Below are positions 32,126-43,472 of a stretch of DNA of 43,990 nt, piece after piece. The stretch is from assembly GCF_000281045.1 (NCBI RefSeq), contig NW_008246170.1, positions 21,926 through 65,915 on the forward strand. Reading direction: 5' to 3'. This DNA is from Saprolegnia diclina VS20 (taxonomy: Eukaryota). Under the pieces are notes generated by a model that worked only from the letters and a program-made list of their open reading frames with translations, was not told where the DNA came from and did not search any database. The position numbers and the translations under genes were made by a program. How positions within the stretch are numbered: the stretch's first letter is position 1; every line of letters starts with the position of its first letter.

Positions 32126-32928
32126 GGTCGCCAGTCGTCCAGTCGCAGTGTCGACGCCAACAACTTGAAGTTTATATGCTATACGACGCGTGATATGTCA
32201 GCGTGATCAGACGACGCGTGTCATCACAGGGAATGACAATACGAAACGGGCCGACAACGTATGACACGTCGTTCTATGTCGTGTACTGCGCTGGATCTTT
32301 TAGNNNNNNNNNNNNNNNNNNNNNNNNNNNNNNNNNNNNNNNNNNNNNNNNNNNNNNNNNNNNNNNNNNNNNNNNNNNNNNNNNNNNNNNNNNNNNNNNN
32401 NNNNNNNNNNNNNNNNNNNNNNNNNNNNNNNNNNNNNNNNNNNNNNNNNNNNNNNNNNNNNNNNNNNNNNNNNNNNNNNNNNNNNNNNNNNNNNNNNNNN
32501 NNNNNNNNNNNNNNNNNNNNNNNNNNNNNNNNNNNNNNNNNNNNNNNNNNNNNNNNNNNNNNNNNNNNNNNNNNNNNNNNNNNNNNNNNNNNNNNNNNNN
32601 NNNNNNNNNNNNNNNNNNNNNNNNNNNNNNNNNNNNNNNNNNNNNNNNNNNNNNNNNNNNNNNNNNNNNNNNNNNNNNNNNNNNNNNNNNNNNNNNNNNN
32701 NNNNNNNNNNNNNNNNNNNNNNNNNNNNNNNNNNNNNNNNNNNNNNNNNNNNNNNNNNNNNNNNNNNNNNNNNNNNNNNNNNNNNNNNNNNNNNNNNNNN
32801 NNNNNNNNNNNNNNNNNNNNNNNNNNNNNNNNNNNNNNNNNNNNNNNNNNNNNNNNNNNNNNNNNNNNNNNNNNNNNNNNNNNNNNNNNNNNNNNNNNNN
32901 NNNNNNNNNNNNNNNNNNNNNNNNNNNN

Positions 32929-35900
32929 ACCGTCACCGACTCGACGCCGCCCACAAGACCTCGCAGCGGCTTGTTCTTGAGCAACTTCCGGAGGTCGCCG
33001 TGCGCCGAGGCTACGATGCGCACGCCACGCTGCTTGCACGTACGCGCGGCCTCGACTTCGTTCGGGCGACCAATCTCGCCAATGACCATGACCTCCGGCG
33101 TGTGGTTCTGGACGCACTCGACCATCACAGCGGCTTGGTCGTCGAGCGACGGCACCATCATGCGACGGCACCATCATGCGCCGCGCCAGGCCCACGCACG
33201 GATGCGGAATGTCGCCATCACCTTCGGAACAGAAGGTGGTTAGGGTTCTTCTTCTCTACCAGCACGAGATAAAGAGTAGTATACCTGCAATCTCGTTGCT
33301 CGTGTCGACGATGCAGACGTTGTACTTGGTCGCAAGCTGCCGAGAGACTTCGCGGACGATGGTGGTTTTGCCGCAGCCCGGTTCACCGAGGAAGAGAATG
33401 TTCTTGTCTTCCATGGCCAGAAGATCCGCGATCAAGCCCGCGTTGCCTTCAATGTACCGGCCGACGCGGATCGTCAGGGCGATGATACTGTCTTGGCGGT
33501 TGCGAATCGCCGAGATACGGTGCAGTTGTCGCTCGAGGCCGGCGCGGTTGTCGCTGCCAAAGCCGCCGACGCGCTCCACGATCGAATCGAGGTCGTCTCT
33601 CGTGACGACGCGGTCGTGGTTACTCGNNNNNNNNNNNNNNNNNNNNNNNNNNNNNNNNNNNNNNNNNNNNNNNNNNNNNNNNNNNNNNNNNNNNNNNNNN
33701 NNNNNNNNNNNNNNNNNNNNNNNNNNNNNNNNNNNNNNNNNNNNNNNNNNNNNNNNNNNNNNNNNNNNNNNNNNNNNNNNNNNNNNNNNNNNNNNNNNNN
33801 NNNNNNNNNNNNNNNNNNNNNNNNNNNNNNNNNNNNNNNNNNNNNNNNNNNNNNNNNNNNNNNNNNNNNNNNNNNNNNNNNNNNNNNNNNNNNNNNNNNN
33901 NNNNNNNNNNNNNNNNNNNNNNNNNNNNNNNNNNNNNNNNNNNNNNNNNNNNNNNNNNNNNNNNNNNNNNNNNNNNNNNNNNNNNNNNNNNNNNNNNNNN
34001 NNNNNNNNNNNNNNNNNNNNNNNNNNNNNNNNNNNNNACTTCTGGTGGCGCCTTTGGCTTTTCGAGACGTCTGCGGTAGCAGCCACTTGAGCATCTCGCC
34101 GAGTGGAACATCAAAGGTACCTGTGTTGGCCTCCATGAGCAGTTGCAGGTCGAGGACCTTTACGACGTCGTTGGCGGCAGCAAGGCGCCAGAGCGGCATC
34201 ATCAAATGCACATCGTGGACGACCTTGAGGATGCGTGGTGACGAGAGCAGTGGGACGAGCAACGCCGGCTGTATCACCGAGCAGTCGAGATCGAACACGT
34301 GGTCGTCGACGGCCAGCTCGAGATGCAGGCGACCTTGGTCGTCGTTGCGGCAGCCCATGGCCACGACCGCCGTCTCGGACACAGCTGCGCCCAATACAGG
34401 GTGCGTTATCACCGTCGTCGCCCAGTCGTTGATCGTCTGGATGCGCACGACATGGCGGTGCTTGGACGCGAGAGTCTCGGGCTCGGTACGTGGCACGTCC
34501 ATCTCGGGCTCAGGCTCCGCCACCTCTAAGCGATCGGGTTCGCAAGCGGTGTCATCGAGCTCTGCTATGGACTTTGGAGTCGAAGGCACCGCGTTTCGGT
34601 CGGGCGGTGCTGCAGGACGTTTTGCCTTGGAGAAGTAGGGCCAGTCTTTACTGCTTGTCGGTTGATGAAACTCGACGCGCGGGTCCTTCTTGGCGCGGCG
34701 CACGACCGCGTCAGCGAGCGCGTTCTGTTTGTAAAAGCCGACGCCCGGAATGTGGAGCACAAAGAAGCGAGGGACGCGACTCAGAGTCTTCAGCATGCGC
34801 TCCATGAACGCAGGTAGATGCGCCTGCACGAGCTCGTCGGTGACAACGAGAGACGCCGCACTCCCGTGGGGAGAGAGACGGCGCTGCACAAAGTAGCCGC
34901 GACCGAGCTCGTCCGTCGCGTAGCGCAGCCGGTGATCGGCTGTGAGCGCGGCCACCACGGTCGCTGTCGCCGCTTCGACGTTACCGCCGAGTGGCAAGAG
35001 CGTTCGCACTTGGTCGGTGACGTACGACACAAAAAAGCTCTGGCCGTCGCGCACCCACGCGAGGATGGGCTCGAGAAAGGCGTCGGCGTGCTGCTGGACG
35101 AGGCTCTTTGTCTGCAAGAAGCGGCGGTCGCGGTACTTGACGTCCGGGTGCGCGAGCTGCCGTATAGCGTCCGAGGCCAGTGGACCTTGCAACCGTTGAC
35201 GCACATCGTCTTTATCGTATACGTCGCGCGCATCGAGCATGCGCTGTGTCAAGAACGCAGAGTTGTTCGAGAAGACCTGGTCGACGTCGGTCGCTTGACA
35301 AATGCGTTGGGACATTTGTTGGCATGTGCGACTTGGGCTTGACGCGTGACGGGTTCGTCGCTTGAGTTGCGCGCGGTGGCCAGTCCCCAAGAGCACAATT
35401 CCCTCGTCGGCCGTAACGTCGGAAAGGACCGCGTTGAGAACTCGGTCGACGACCGGCGCTGGGACGTCAACAAGCAGACGCCGGACCTTGGCCACCGAAA
35501 AGACACCATCGTATAGTTGGAGCGCCGCTCGGACAGTGTCGGATGCCCGCGCAATGTGTAGCTCGAGCGATGCAGTGTCAATCGCGGGTGCCGACGTAAA
35601 GTATGGCGACTTGCCGTCGACGTACTGGAGGCGGTCGTCAGCTCGGAGGGCGGCGACGACGGCGCGGACGACGTCGGTGCCAACGACGCCAACCGGCAAG
35701 AACGCTTCGACTTGGTTGTCCATATTGGCCACGTAGAACCGATGGCCGGCGCCGATGATGGACAGAATCGAGTCCTTAAAATGGCGCTCGTACTCGTTGA
35801 CAAGCGCGGCGATCGTGCGCGGCGACGTCTTCTGCGCGCGCCAAGCTGTCTCTGGGGCGTGCGCCAAGACTGCGTCCGGGCCTCGACCGAGCAGCGCAAC

Positions 35901-36101
35901 GTGCTTGACCGTCGCGAGCGCGTGCGCGATGGTGTCGACGAGGACATCGACGTCGCTACGGACGCCGGCGTCGAGAAGCCAGGTGCGGATGATGGCGACG
36001 GGGTACTGCAGCTGGCTCGAGCGGGCGAAGAGCGACGTCATGCGTTGGCGGTGGTGGGCGACGGCGGTCGCGAGCCAGGCGCCGTCGACGAAGCCGGCCA
36101 T
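32929..36101 (-). pseudogene. Second winged-helix-array + pseudo-exonuclease + Ycf45-type ATPase gene; frameshifted and Walker-B mutant as assembled
   Basis: Likely start MAGFVDG at 36101. About six modules, then an exonuclease-like segment (VVAMGCRND..KVVHDV..VLDLQLLME). The ATPase at 32929-33626 is nearly identical to 18759-19438 including the intron. A 16-bp duplication lies at 33147-33178, and the Walker B reads IGEIG for IDEIG. Confidence 0.75.
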
Positions 36102-36866
36102 GGCTTCTGGCGGAATTGCGACCAAAACAAACGGCAAGATGCGTTTTGATTGGCTATTGAAATTGGAGTGGCTTTGTCCCATCAAAGTACACTTGAAGAC
36201 CATCGGTGGCTCATCCAGTCCAGTCGCTGCCACTCATACTGTCTCGCAATCTTCGCAGACATACTGTGCACGCTAGACTGTTGAACGACGCGCAACGCTG
36301 TGACGGTTTTGTCAGCTGACTCTAAAACTCAAGCTCAAAATCACGCTTTGTTGCATACGTTTGAGATATCGTGATCAAACGACAGCCTTTGGCCTCCACC
36401 TTGTACGATCACTCAGTCTAAAGCACGCGACTCAAATGAATCATCCGGAGTCGCTCGGAAGCTCACTCGATGCTGCTGCGTCGTTGCGTAGAGCCAAGAG
36501 CCCCGAGATGTTGAAGTGTCAAGGCCTGCCCCTGCGTTTTGGCGCTCGAAGTGAGAGGAGGCTCGGACTTGAGAGCGCAAATTGGAAACTGAATAAAGAT
36601 GTTATGTATGAATTGGTTAGTATCTGTCAAGGACACGCTGGACCAGTATGGAGAGACGATGCCGAGGACCAGGTCCAGAACCCGAAGCAAGTGTGCGAGT
36701 GCGGTTCTCGGAGCAAAATTAAAGTTTGTATTATAGGTCTATTGGCACCTCCACTAACCTGCGTAAAGGACTCTGGCCCACAAGCACGATCAACAAGTAA
36801 ACGACGTTGGCAAAGCAAGCCTTATTAGCAAGCTACCGTGTGGAATGCATGATTGTTTTTGCTGTC

Positions 36867-37122
36867 TTTGATTGGCTATTTAAATTGTATTTTCAACCAA
36901 TCCCACGCGATCACAGACGGAACACCACCCCCGGCGAACTGCTTGGTGCGCCAAATCGAGTTGGATATGAAATCGCTCATACTTGGCACAGTGAATGAGG
37001 ACACTTTGGAGGTCCCGAAATGCTACTCCTCGTCGGCGTGCGAGGCTTATGACGATAATTATGTACTATCAAATATTACTCGCGGCATATGCCACGAATA
37101 AAGCCAGGAGCTGCCACATTTA
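36867..37122 (+). repeat. Dispersed non-coding repeat, copy D
   Basis: Colinear with the reverse complement of 24976-25241 from TTTGATTGGCTATTT to TGCCACATTTA. Confidence 0.85.
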
Positions 37123-37639
37123 ACCGCACCAAGTGCACAAGCCGACGCTGGGCAAATTTACCGCGCTTCGAATGCCTGAACTACAAACGCGTATGTATAT
37201 GACGTACAAAGCGGTATAACAGCATGTTCCACTGCATTTCGTGCCGTATCTCGATGTCTGCAAGCGCTGCCAAGACTGTGCAGGTGTAGCTCATCTCAAA
37301 GATGCGAGCGAAGCCGCGACCAAGTGCAGGACGACGCCCATGGTCTCTGCTTCGTGTCCCGTAGTGCATAGAGAGAGCGCTCTTCAAGAAGCTGACACTC
37401 TTGACTCAACGGAGCGACTGCTCGTGTCCTCCACTCCAGAGGTTTTGTTAGGCCATGTTGAAGTGGCTCAAGTTGCGTGCGACTAGCCTCCGCAAGGCGA
37501 ACTTAATCGAATGTAGTCATAAGTGCGCTCGTGGGCGAATCCATGCGCACTTAATTGGGACGCGCCGCTCGGGTGTTTTGGCAGCGGCGAGAAATGACCG
37601 AACAATTGGAAATTTATCAGTGGCCCTGGGCAGACGGGC

Positions 37640-40012
37640 ATGAGCGAGAAGGACGCCGAGGTCATGTCGATGGATGGCGACGACGTGGAAGAGGACCTCG
37701 ACGAGATGTTCGGCTCCGACATGTCGTCGGGCTCGGACTCGGACGCGCCGCTCAAGCCGCCGCCGGCCAAGTCAGAGAAGCCCAAGGCGGCCAAGCTCCT
37801 GCCCGACTCGTCCGTCACCGCGACCGTGCCTGCGACCGACGACGAAGCCTCGGAGGACAACGAGCACGAGATGGCGCCGTGGGAGCAGATCGACTTGAAG
37901 CCGGCCATGGACCTGGTGCGTATCTTCTTGAAGCAGTGGAATCGCTCATGAGGCGCGGTAGATCCGGTCGCTCACCGACACAAGCCTCGAGGCCGCGCGT
38001 GACTTTACCGCGTCTATGGTGGCCAACACAAACCAGCTCGTCGTCGGCTGCGACAGCGTGCTCCTTGAGATCAAGCACATCTCGGACATTCGCGAGACGA
38101 TGAAGCGACAAGCCAAGGCGGCGCCCGCGAGCACCGCAGCCACCGGCGTCGCGTGCGCCTGCGGCACCTCCATGATGCCGCTTGGCGTGTTTCCACAGAG
38201 CGTCGTGGCACCGACCGCGCCCGCAGCGCCCGAGACGCCCGTGCTCGACAAGTCGACCGAAGATCAGACCGACCGCGTCTTGTACAAGATCGAAGCGGCC
38301 ATGGAGAAGTTCCGCGAGCTCGCCGAGATGGTGCAGACCATGAGCGTGCAGCACGAGGCGTCGCTCATGTCCAAGCTCGCGATCCCGCAGACCGCCGTGC
38401 AGACCATGGTCTCGAGTATCCACTCGGCGGCGGCCGCCGCGACTGCCGCCGCGATCGCGCAAGAGCGGGGCGGTCCCTCCCGGGGCACGGGCCCGGGCTA
38501 CTCGTTTACGAGCGAGCAGCGCACGAAACTGCAGATCTGGTACTACTCGTACCCGCGGCCGCTGGCCGACGAGCTCGAGCTCATGGCGCAGATCTTGTCG
38601 CTGCCACCGTACCACAGCCTTTCGCGTGCCCCGGTGCACCCGACTCACGTCCGCGATTGGTTCAAGCGCCGGCGGTTCCGCGAGCGCATGCGCCATGTCA
38701 TGCAGGTGCTCGAGGCCGGGACGCTGTCGCTCACGAGCGCCGAGGCCGAGGTGCACGCCAAAATCGAGCTGCGCATCCAGACACTGCGCGAGGCCGTCAA
38801 GCCCGAAGAGCTCGTACATATGGTGTCTATTGTATCCCAATATCTCATATCTGAGTGTGGTAGATTCGGGAGCTAGAAGCGGCGCGGGCCAACAGCGCAA
38901 CGTACGCGACGGTCGCGTCGTCCTTTGGGAAGAAACGCAGCTTGGACCAGTTTCTCTCGATGGCGCAGCAGCTTGGCCAGCCCGCGCTCGTGCTCGAGAC
39001 GCCGGTCGCAGCGGCCGTCAAGAAGCCGCGCGCCGGCATTCTCGGGGACCCGATGGAGGTCGAGGACGCTGTCGTCGTCAAAGTCGCCAGTCGCGTCGAA
39101 GTGCAAGCGATCCAAAACCGCCTCCAAGCGCTTCTGCAGCTGCCCAAGACGACCTCCAACACCAACGGCATCCAGCAGGTCATGGACCTCCTTCGGTCGA
39201 TGGAGATCTCCAACGAGGTCCGCGTCTCGACCAACCTCGTCGCCGACCTCAAGACTGTCCTCAAGATCTACAAGAAGCCGTCGCTGCTCCGACGGACGAC
39301 CGAAGCGCTCATGGAAGCCCTCGGGCAGCCGGTGGACGTGAAAAAGAAGAAGCGGTACGCGGCAGGCGCCGACGTTCTCGGGCACGCGCCCGCCGTTGTC
39401 GACGAATACGACGACGCACCGATGCCGCCGGCCGATGGCCACGACGACGCCGAGAGCGAGGACGACCAGCCGATCCTCAAGCAAGCCAAGAGCGCGAGCA
39501 GCACCAGCCGCCGAAAGAAGACGGGCGCCAAGCTCCACCGCCCGATGAAGTTTTCGATGAAGCAGGTCGAGGCGCTTGAAGGGTGGTTTCAAAAGACCTT
39601 CAAGCCCTCTGTGCCCGAGATGGAAGAGTACCTTGGTCGACTCAACGCGGTGCCGCTGCGCGACCCGCTCCAGACAATCGACGTGAGCATGACGCAGCTG
39701 CGTCGATGGTTCAACAAGCGGCGGTGCCTCCGCCGACCACCGTTCGCGCTCATGGCCAAGGGCGACGAGAAGGACGCGACGAGCAGCCAAAGCCACGACG
39801 AAGAAGACGAAGAAGACGACGAAGATGACATGGACGACGACGACATGGCGAGCGAAGAGGAGGCGCGCGCACCGCTGCCACCGCCGTCGCCGTCACCACC
39901 GCCGCCACCGCCGATGCCGCCGACGTCGATTCTGCTGCCGCGCGAAGGGTCCGACTCGAGCTCCGATAGCAACGACAGCAACGACAGCGACGACGACTCG
40001 AGCGACTCGTGA
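37640..40012 (+). CDS. Nuclear protein with two atypical homeodomains flanking a TFIIS-N-like helical domain, ~758 aa, 3 exons
   Basis: Introns 37916-37961 and 38814-38863 splice in frame. HD1 is FTSEQRTKLQIWY..YPRP..VRDWFKRRR and HD2 is FSMKQVEALEGWF..KP..LRRWFNKRR. The middle has MDLLRSMEISNEVRVSTNLVADLK, and the tail is acidic and Pro-rich. Confidence 0.8.
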
Positions 40013-40260
40013 GCTCCGTCGGTACATACGTGCACGAGCATAGGGAAATAACATATTAAAGAGCAGTTCAAGTACTTGGTCGGTTTCCTGGTGCCACGTC
40101 ACCAACCTATCTACTGTATACTATACAAAGAAGAGGTTTCCTGGCAAGCATGCTCTTGCGCTTTGTATACCATACAAAACGAAAGGTATGTCGTCGGCAA
40201 GACTTCAGCGGACGAGACAGGCGAGCAGGTGATTCCTCGACCATCGACGTCCGCATCAAG

Positions 40261-41283
40261 ATGCAGCAGCGCAAGCTTGGCAACCAAGGTCTCAGCGTCT
40301 CGGCCATCGGCCTTGGCGCCATGGGCATGACCGCCTTCTACGGCGACTTTGACCGCGAAGCAGCTGAAGAGACCAACATTGAGACCATCGGCAAGGCGCT
40401 CGAGCTCGGCATCAACATGATCGATACGGCGTGGATCTACCAGTCGTTTGGCATTGACGGCAAGCCCAACGTCTACAACGAAGCGCTTGTCGGCAAGGCT
40501 CTCAAGCGCTTTGGCCGCGACAAGTTTGTCATTGCGACCAAGTTTGGGCCGGGCTTTGGCGCCGACGGCAAGAGCTTTGTGAGCGGCAAGCCCGCGCACA
40601 TTCGCGAGCAGCTCACACAGTCGTTGGAGCGCCTCAGCATCGACTCGGTGGACCTCTACTACATGCACCGCATGGACCCGTCGACGCCCATCGAGGAGAC
40701 CATGCAGTGCCTCAAGGAGCTCGTCGAAGAAGGCAAGATCAAGTACGTTGGCCTCTCCGAGTGCTCGTCCAGCGAGCTGCGTCGCGCCCACGCCGTGCAC
40801 CCAGTCTCGGTCATCCAGATGGAGTGGTCGCTCACGACGCGCGACCTCGAGGCGACTGTCGTCAAGACGGCGCGGGAGCTCGGTGTTGGCATCGTAGCCT
40901 ACTCGCCGCTCGGCCGCGGTCTTCTGACAGGTACGATCACGGCGCTGGCGGATCTTTCGGAGAAGGACCGGCGCCTCCACATGCCTCGGTTCCGCGACGG
41001 CAACTTTGAGAAGAACGTGCCGAACGCCTTCTTCGACCTCGCAGCGCGCAAGCACGTGACACCGGCGCAGCTCGCGCTCGCGTGGGTCCTGCATCGCGGC
41101 CACGACGTCGTCCCGATCCCTGGCACCAAGTGCATGGCGCGGCTCGCCGAGAACGCGGGCGCGGCGGCCATCCAGCTCTCGGACGCCGAGCTTGACGAGA
41201 TCGAGCAAGCGATCCCGAGCGCCGTCGGGGACCGCTACGACCAAGCCGGCATGCAGGCGGCGTTCAACGCCCGCGAGCTCTAA
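40261..41283 (+). CDS. Aldo-keto reductase (AKR13/YakC-like), intronless
   Basis: Motifs RKLGNQGLSVSAIGLGAMGM, IDTAWIY, IATKFG, SLERL..DLYYMHR, GKIKYVGLSE, VAYSPLGRG and PIPGT. Confidence 0.95.
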   Translation: MQQRKLGNQGLSVSAIGLGAMGMTAFYGDFDREAAEETNIETIGKALELGINMIDTAWIYQSFGIDGKPNVYNEALVGKALKRFGRDKFVIATKFGPGFGADGKSFVSGKPAHIREQLTQSLERLSIDSVDLYYMHRMDPSTPIEETMQCLKELVEEGKIKYVGLSECSSSELRRAHAVHPVSVIQMEWSLTTRDLEATVVKTARELGVGIVAYSPLGRGLLTGTITALADLSEKDRRLHMPRFRDGNFEKNVPNAFFDLAARKHVTPAQLALAWVLHRGHDVVPIPGTKCMARLAENAGAAAIQLSDAELDEIEQAIPSAVGDRYDQAGMQAAFNAREL

Positions 41284-42189
41284 CCCCACAACAAGGTTCT
41301 TGCGTTGGCACAGCATTGGTGGAGCAACCTTGGGCGGTCGGCTACTCGGAGCGGCAGCGCGACAGTGAGAGTAGCTACCACCTGCAGAGATGTGATTGAA
41401 ATTGCCTCTGAGAAGCAAATAGCTTCTCGACCGTGGACTGTGTTTCGTTTTCTGCGGAACCGACGAGTGCGATAGGAGCACCACTCGCCTCATCGCAGCA
41501 CATACCGCCCGCTGACGTTCTAGTGCACCTCGCATGCTAGTCACATCGATATACGCCGTGTAATGAATCTCTACCTAGCAAGTTGCTACAGGCTTCCGCG
41601 CTGGCAACAATCAACCACGCGCTTATAGTCGATTCTGCAGTCGAATTCAGTCGCTGTTCCGTCGTCATTGGCGGTCGTCGGACGAGATGTCGCGACAAAG
41701 CTACTCGCGTTCTATCCTTGTGCTCGCGTCAAGCTCAAGCTTCGCAATGCCCGAGCGCCTGTCGTCTGCGTACGCTCAGAACGCCGAGCCAGGATTCGCA
41801 TCAGCCACGTCACGCATGCATCGTTGGTCGGTGGTGCGCCTCAGATCTTAGTCGATGGTAGGCTGCAGTAGGAGACGATGTTAAGTCGCTGCGATATGTG
41901 GGCGGAACTTGGGCTTGAAGCAAACCTGAAGTTTACGCTCTCTCTTACTGAAATGGAGGAGGAGGAGGGAGGAACAAGCAAGCGAGGGGGCGCTAATGGC
42001 CCTCGACCGGTCGCTCCTGGGACTGCGTTTCGAATCGCCGGCGAGATATGCGTGGATTCGATATCTTTTGGCAAGCACCAATCAGATTGCAGGATTGCCT
42101 TTCGATATTTTAACATGGACCAATCAGACGCGAGAATGCACAAGCGCGTCTTGGGCGGAGGATAGCTCATTCGACAAGACGCGCTGTCC

Positions 42190-43092
42190 ATGCCACTGCT
42201 TCCGTTCTTCCAGGGCGTCGTCGACGCTGCATGCCCGAGCAACGGCCTGCGCAAGGACGTCGCAGCGCTGCAGGCGCAGCTCATGGCCAAGACGTCCGAG
42301 TGCCACAGCCTCGCGCGCACGGTCACGCAGCTCGAAGAGGCGCTGGTGCGCCGCACCGACGAGTACGATGCCGTGCTCCAAGCACTCACACGCGCCCAGT
42401 GCGTGATTCGCGGCTTCCGCGCCGACACAGATACGTACCTCGAGGCGGTCGAGGCGAGTCGCCGCGTGGTCAAGCGCCTCGAAGCCGACCTGCAGGTGCA
42501 GCATGCGTTGAACCTGGAAGCCAAGATCTCGCGCATGTCGCTTGAGCTCCAGATGATCCGCCACAGGAATCAAACCGACGAGATCATCCACGGTCTCGAG
42601 TCACAGCTGCGCTTGGCCCGCAACACGGTCGACATGTGTGCGCAGCGAGAAGCTGACGCGGCCGACGAACTCGAAGCCGAGTCGGGTGCATTACAAGCCC
42701 GCGTGCTTCGATACCTCAAAGATGCACCGCGAAGCAGCGTCGGGAGCACCCAAGCGGCAGACGACGATGAAGACGACTTTTTCGATGGCGATGACGACGA
42801 CAGCTCCAGTGACGAAGACGATGACACGCCGATCGTCCGGCCGCGGTCCGGGTCTGCTTGTGAGCTCGACCGGCGACGACCGACGACGATGGGACAGCTC
42901 CTCGCATCGCTTCGGCCCTCGCACCGCACCTCCACAGGCTCCATCGCTCGGCTCGTCAAGAAGCCGAGTCTCTCCAAGTGCAACGCGCACAGCCGCGTCT
43001 TCTCCAAGGACAGAGTCACGCGCTGGCGTCTCTGTCAAGTCATGTCCCCTAGCGTCAGTTCCAAAGCCGTGTTTGGCTCCTACACGCCGTAG
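42190..43092 (+). CDS. Hypothetical coiled-coil protein, 300 aa
   Basis: Long ORF with genome-typical codon usage, a heptad-rich N-terminal half and an acidic tract. Inr-like GCTCATT at about 42165 and CCAAT boxes upstream. Confidence 0.65.
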   Translation: MPLLPFFQGVVDAACPSNGLRKDVAALQAQLMAKTSECHSLARTVTQLEEALVRRTDEYDAVLQALTRAQCVIRGFRADTDTYLEAVEASRRVVKRLEADLQVQHALNLEAKISRMSLELQMIRHRNQTDEIIHGLESQLRLARNTVDMCAQREADAADELEAESGALQARVLRYLKDAPRSSVGSTQAADDDEDDFFDGDDDDSSSDEDDDTPIVRPRSGSACELDRRRPTTMGQLLASLRPSHRTSTGSIARLVKKPSLSKCNAHSRVFSKDRVTRWRLCQVMSPSVSSKAVFGSYTP

Positions 43093-43472
43093 ATTATACA
43101 GCGCAATCGTAGCGTATTTACCATCTTTGTCAAGCGGTTGCCTTCCGCATGCAGAAATTCGACCTCTGCGACTAGCCAAATGCATCGCAAGCAATAGCAT
43201 ACACTGTTTTTACGTAACCGAATATCCAAACAGTGTTTGGACGTGATCCCACACTTGACCCAACTCCTTTCCCGCACGTCGTCGGTCGCGCGGGTTGCAT
43301 GCGTTCACCCTCCCGCGACGGTCTGGTCGATTGTCGTATGACCTTGCGGCCGTGTCCCTCGATACCGCCAGGTCGCCGCGCTGGACTCATCCGCACCCGC
43401 CAATAAGATCTATAGCCAGCTCAATGCGATCTTGGAGAGCCATACGTGGCTGCGCAAAATTATATGACATGC

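Noticed and set aside
36102..36233. N-terminal extension of the 919-aa minus ORF
   Set aside because: Non-ATG start that overlaps the TTTGATTGGCTA promoter-like motif. The ATG at 36101 is preferred.
36277..36830. 155-aa ORF or possible TE relic upstream of the second ATPase gene
   Set aside because: Non-ATG start, atypical codon usage and no recognisable domain or termini.
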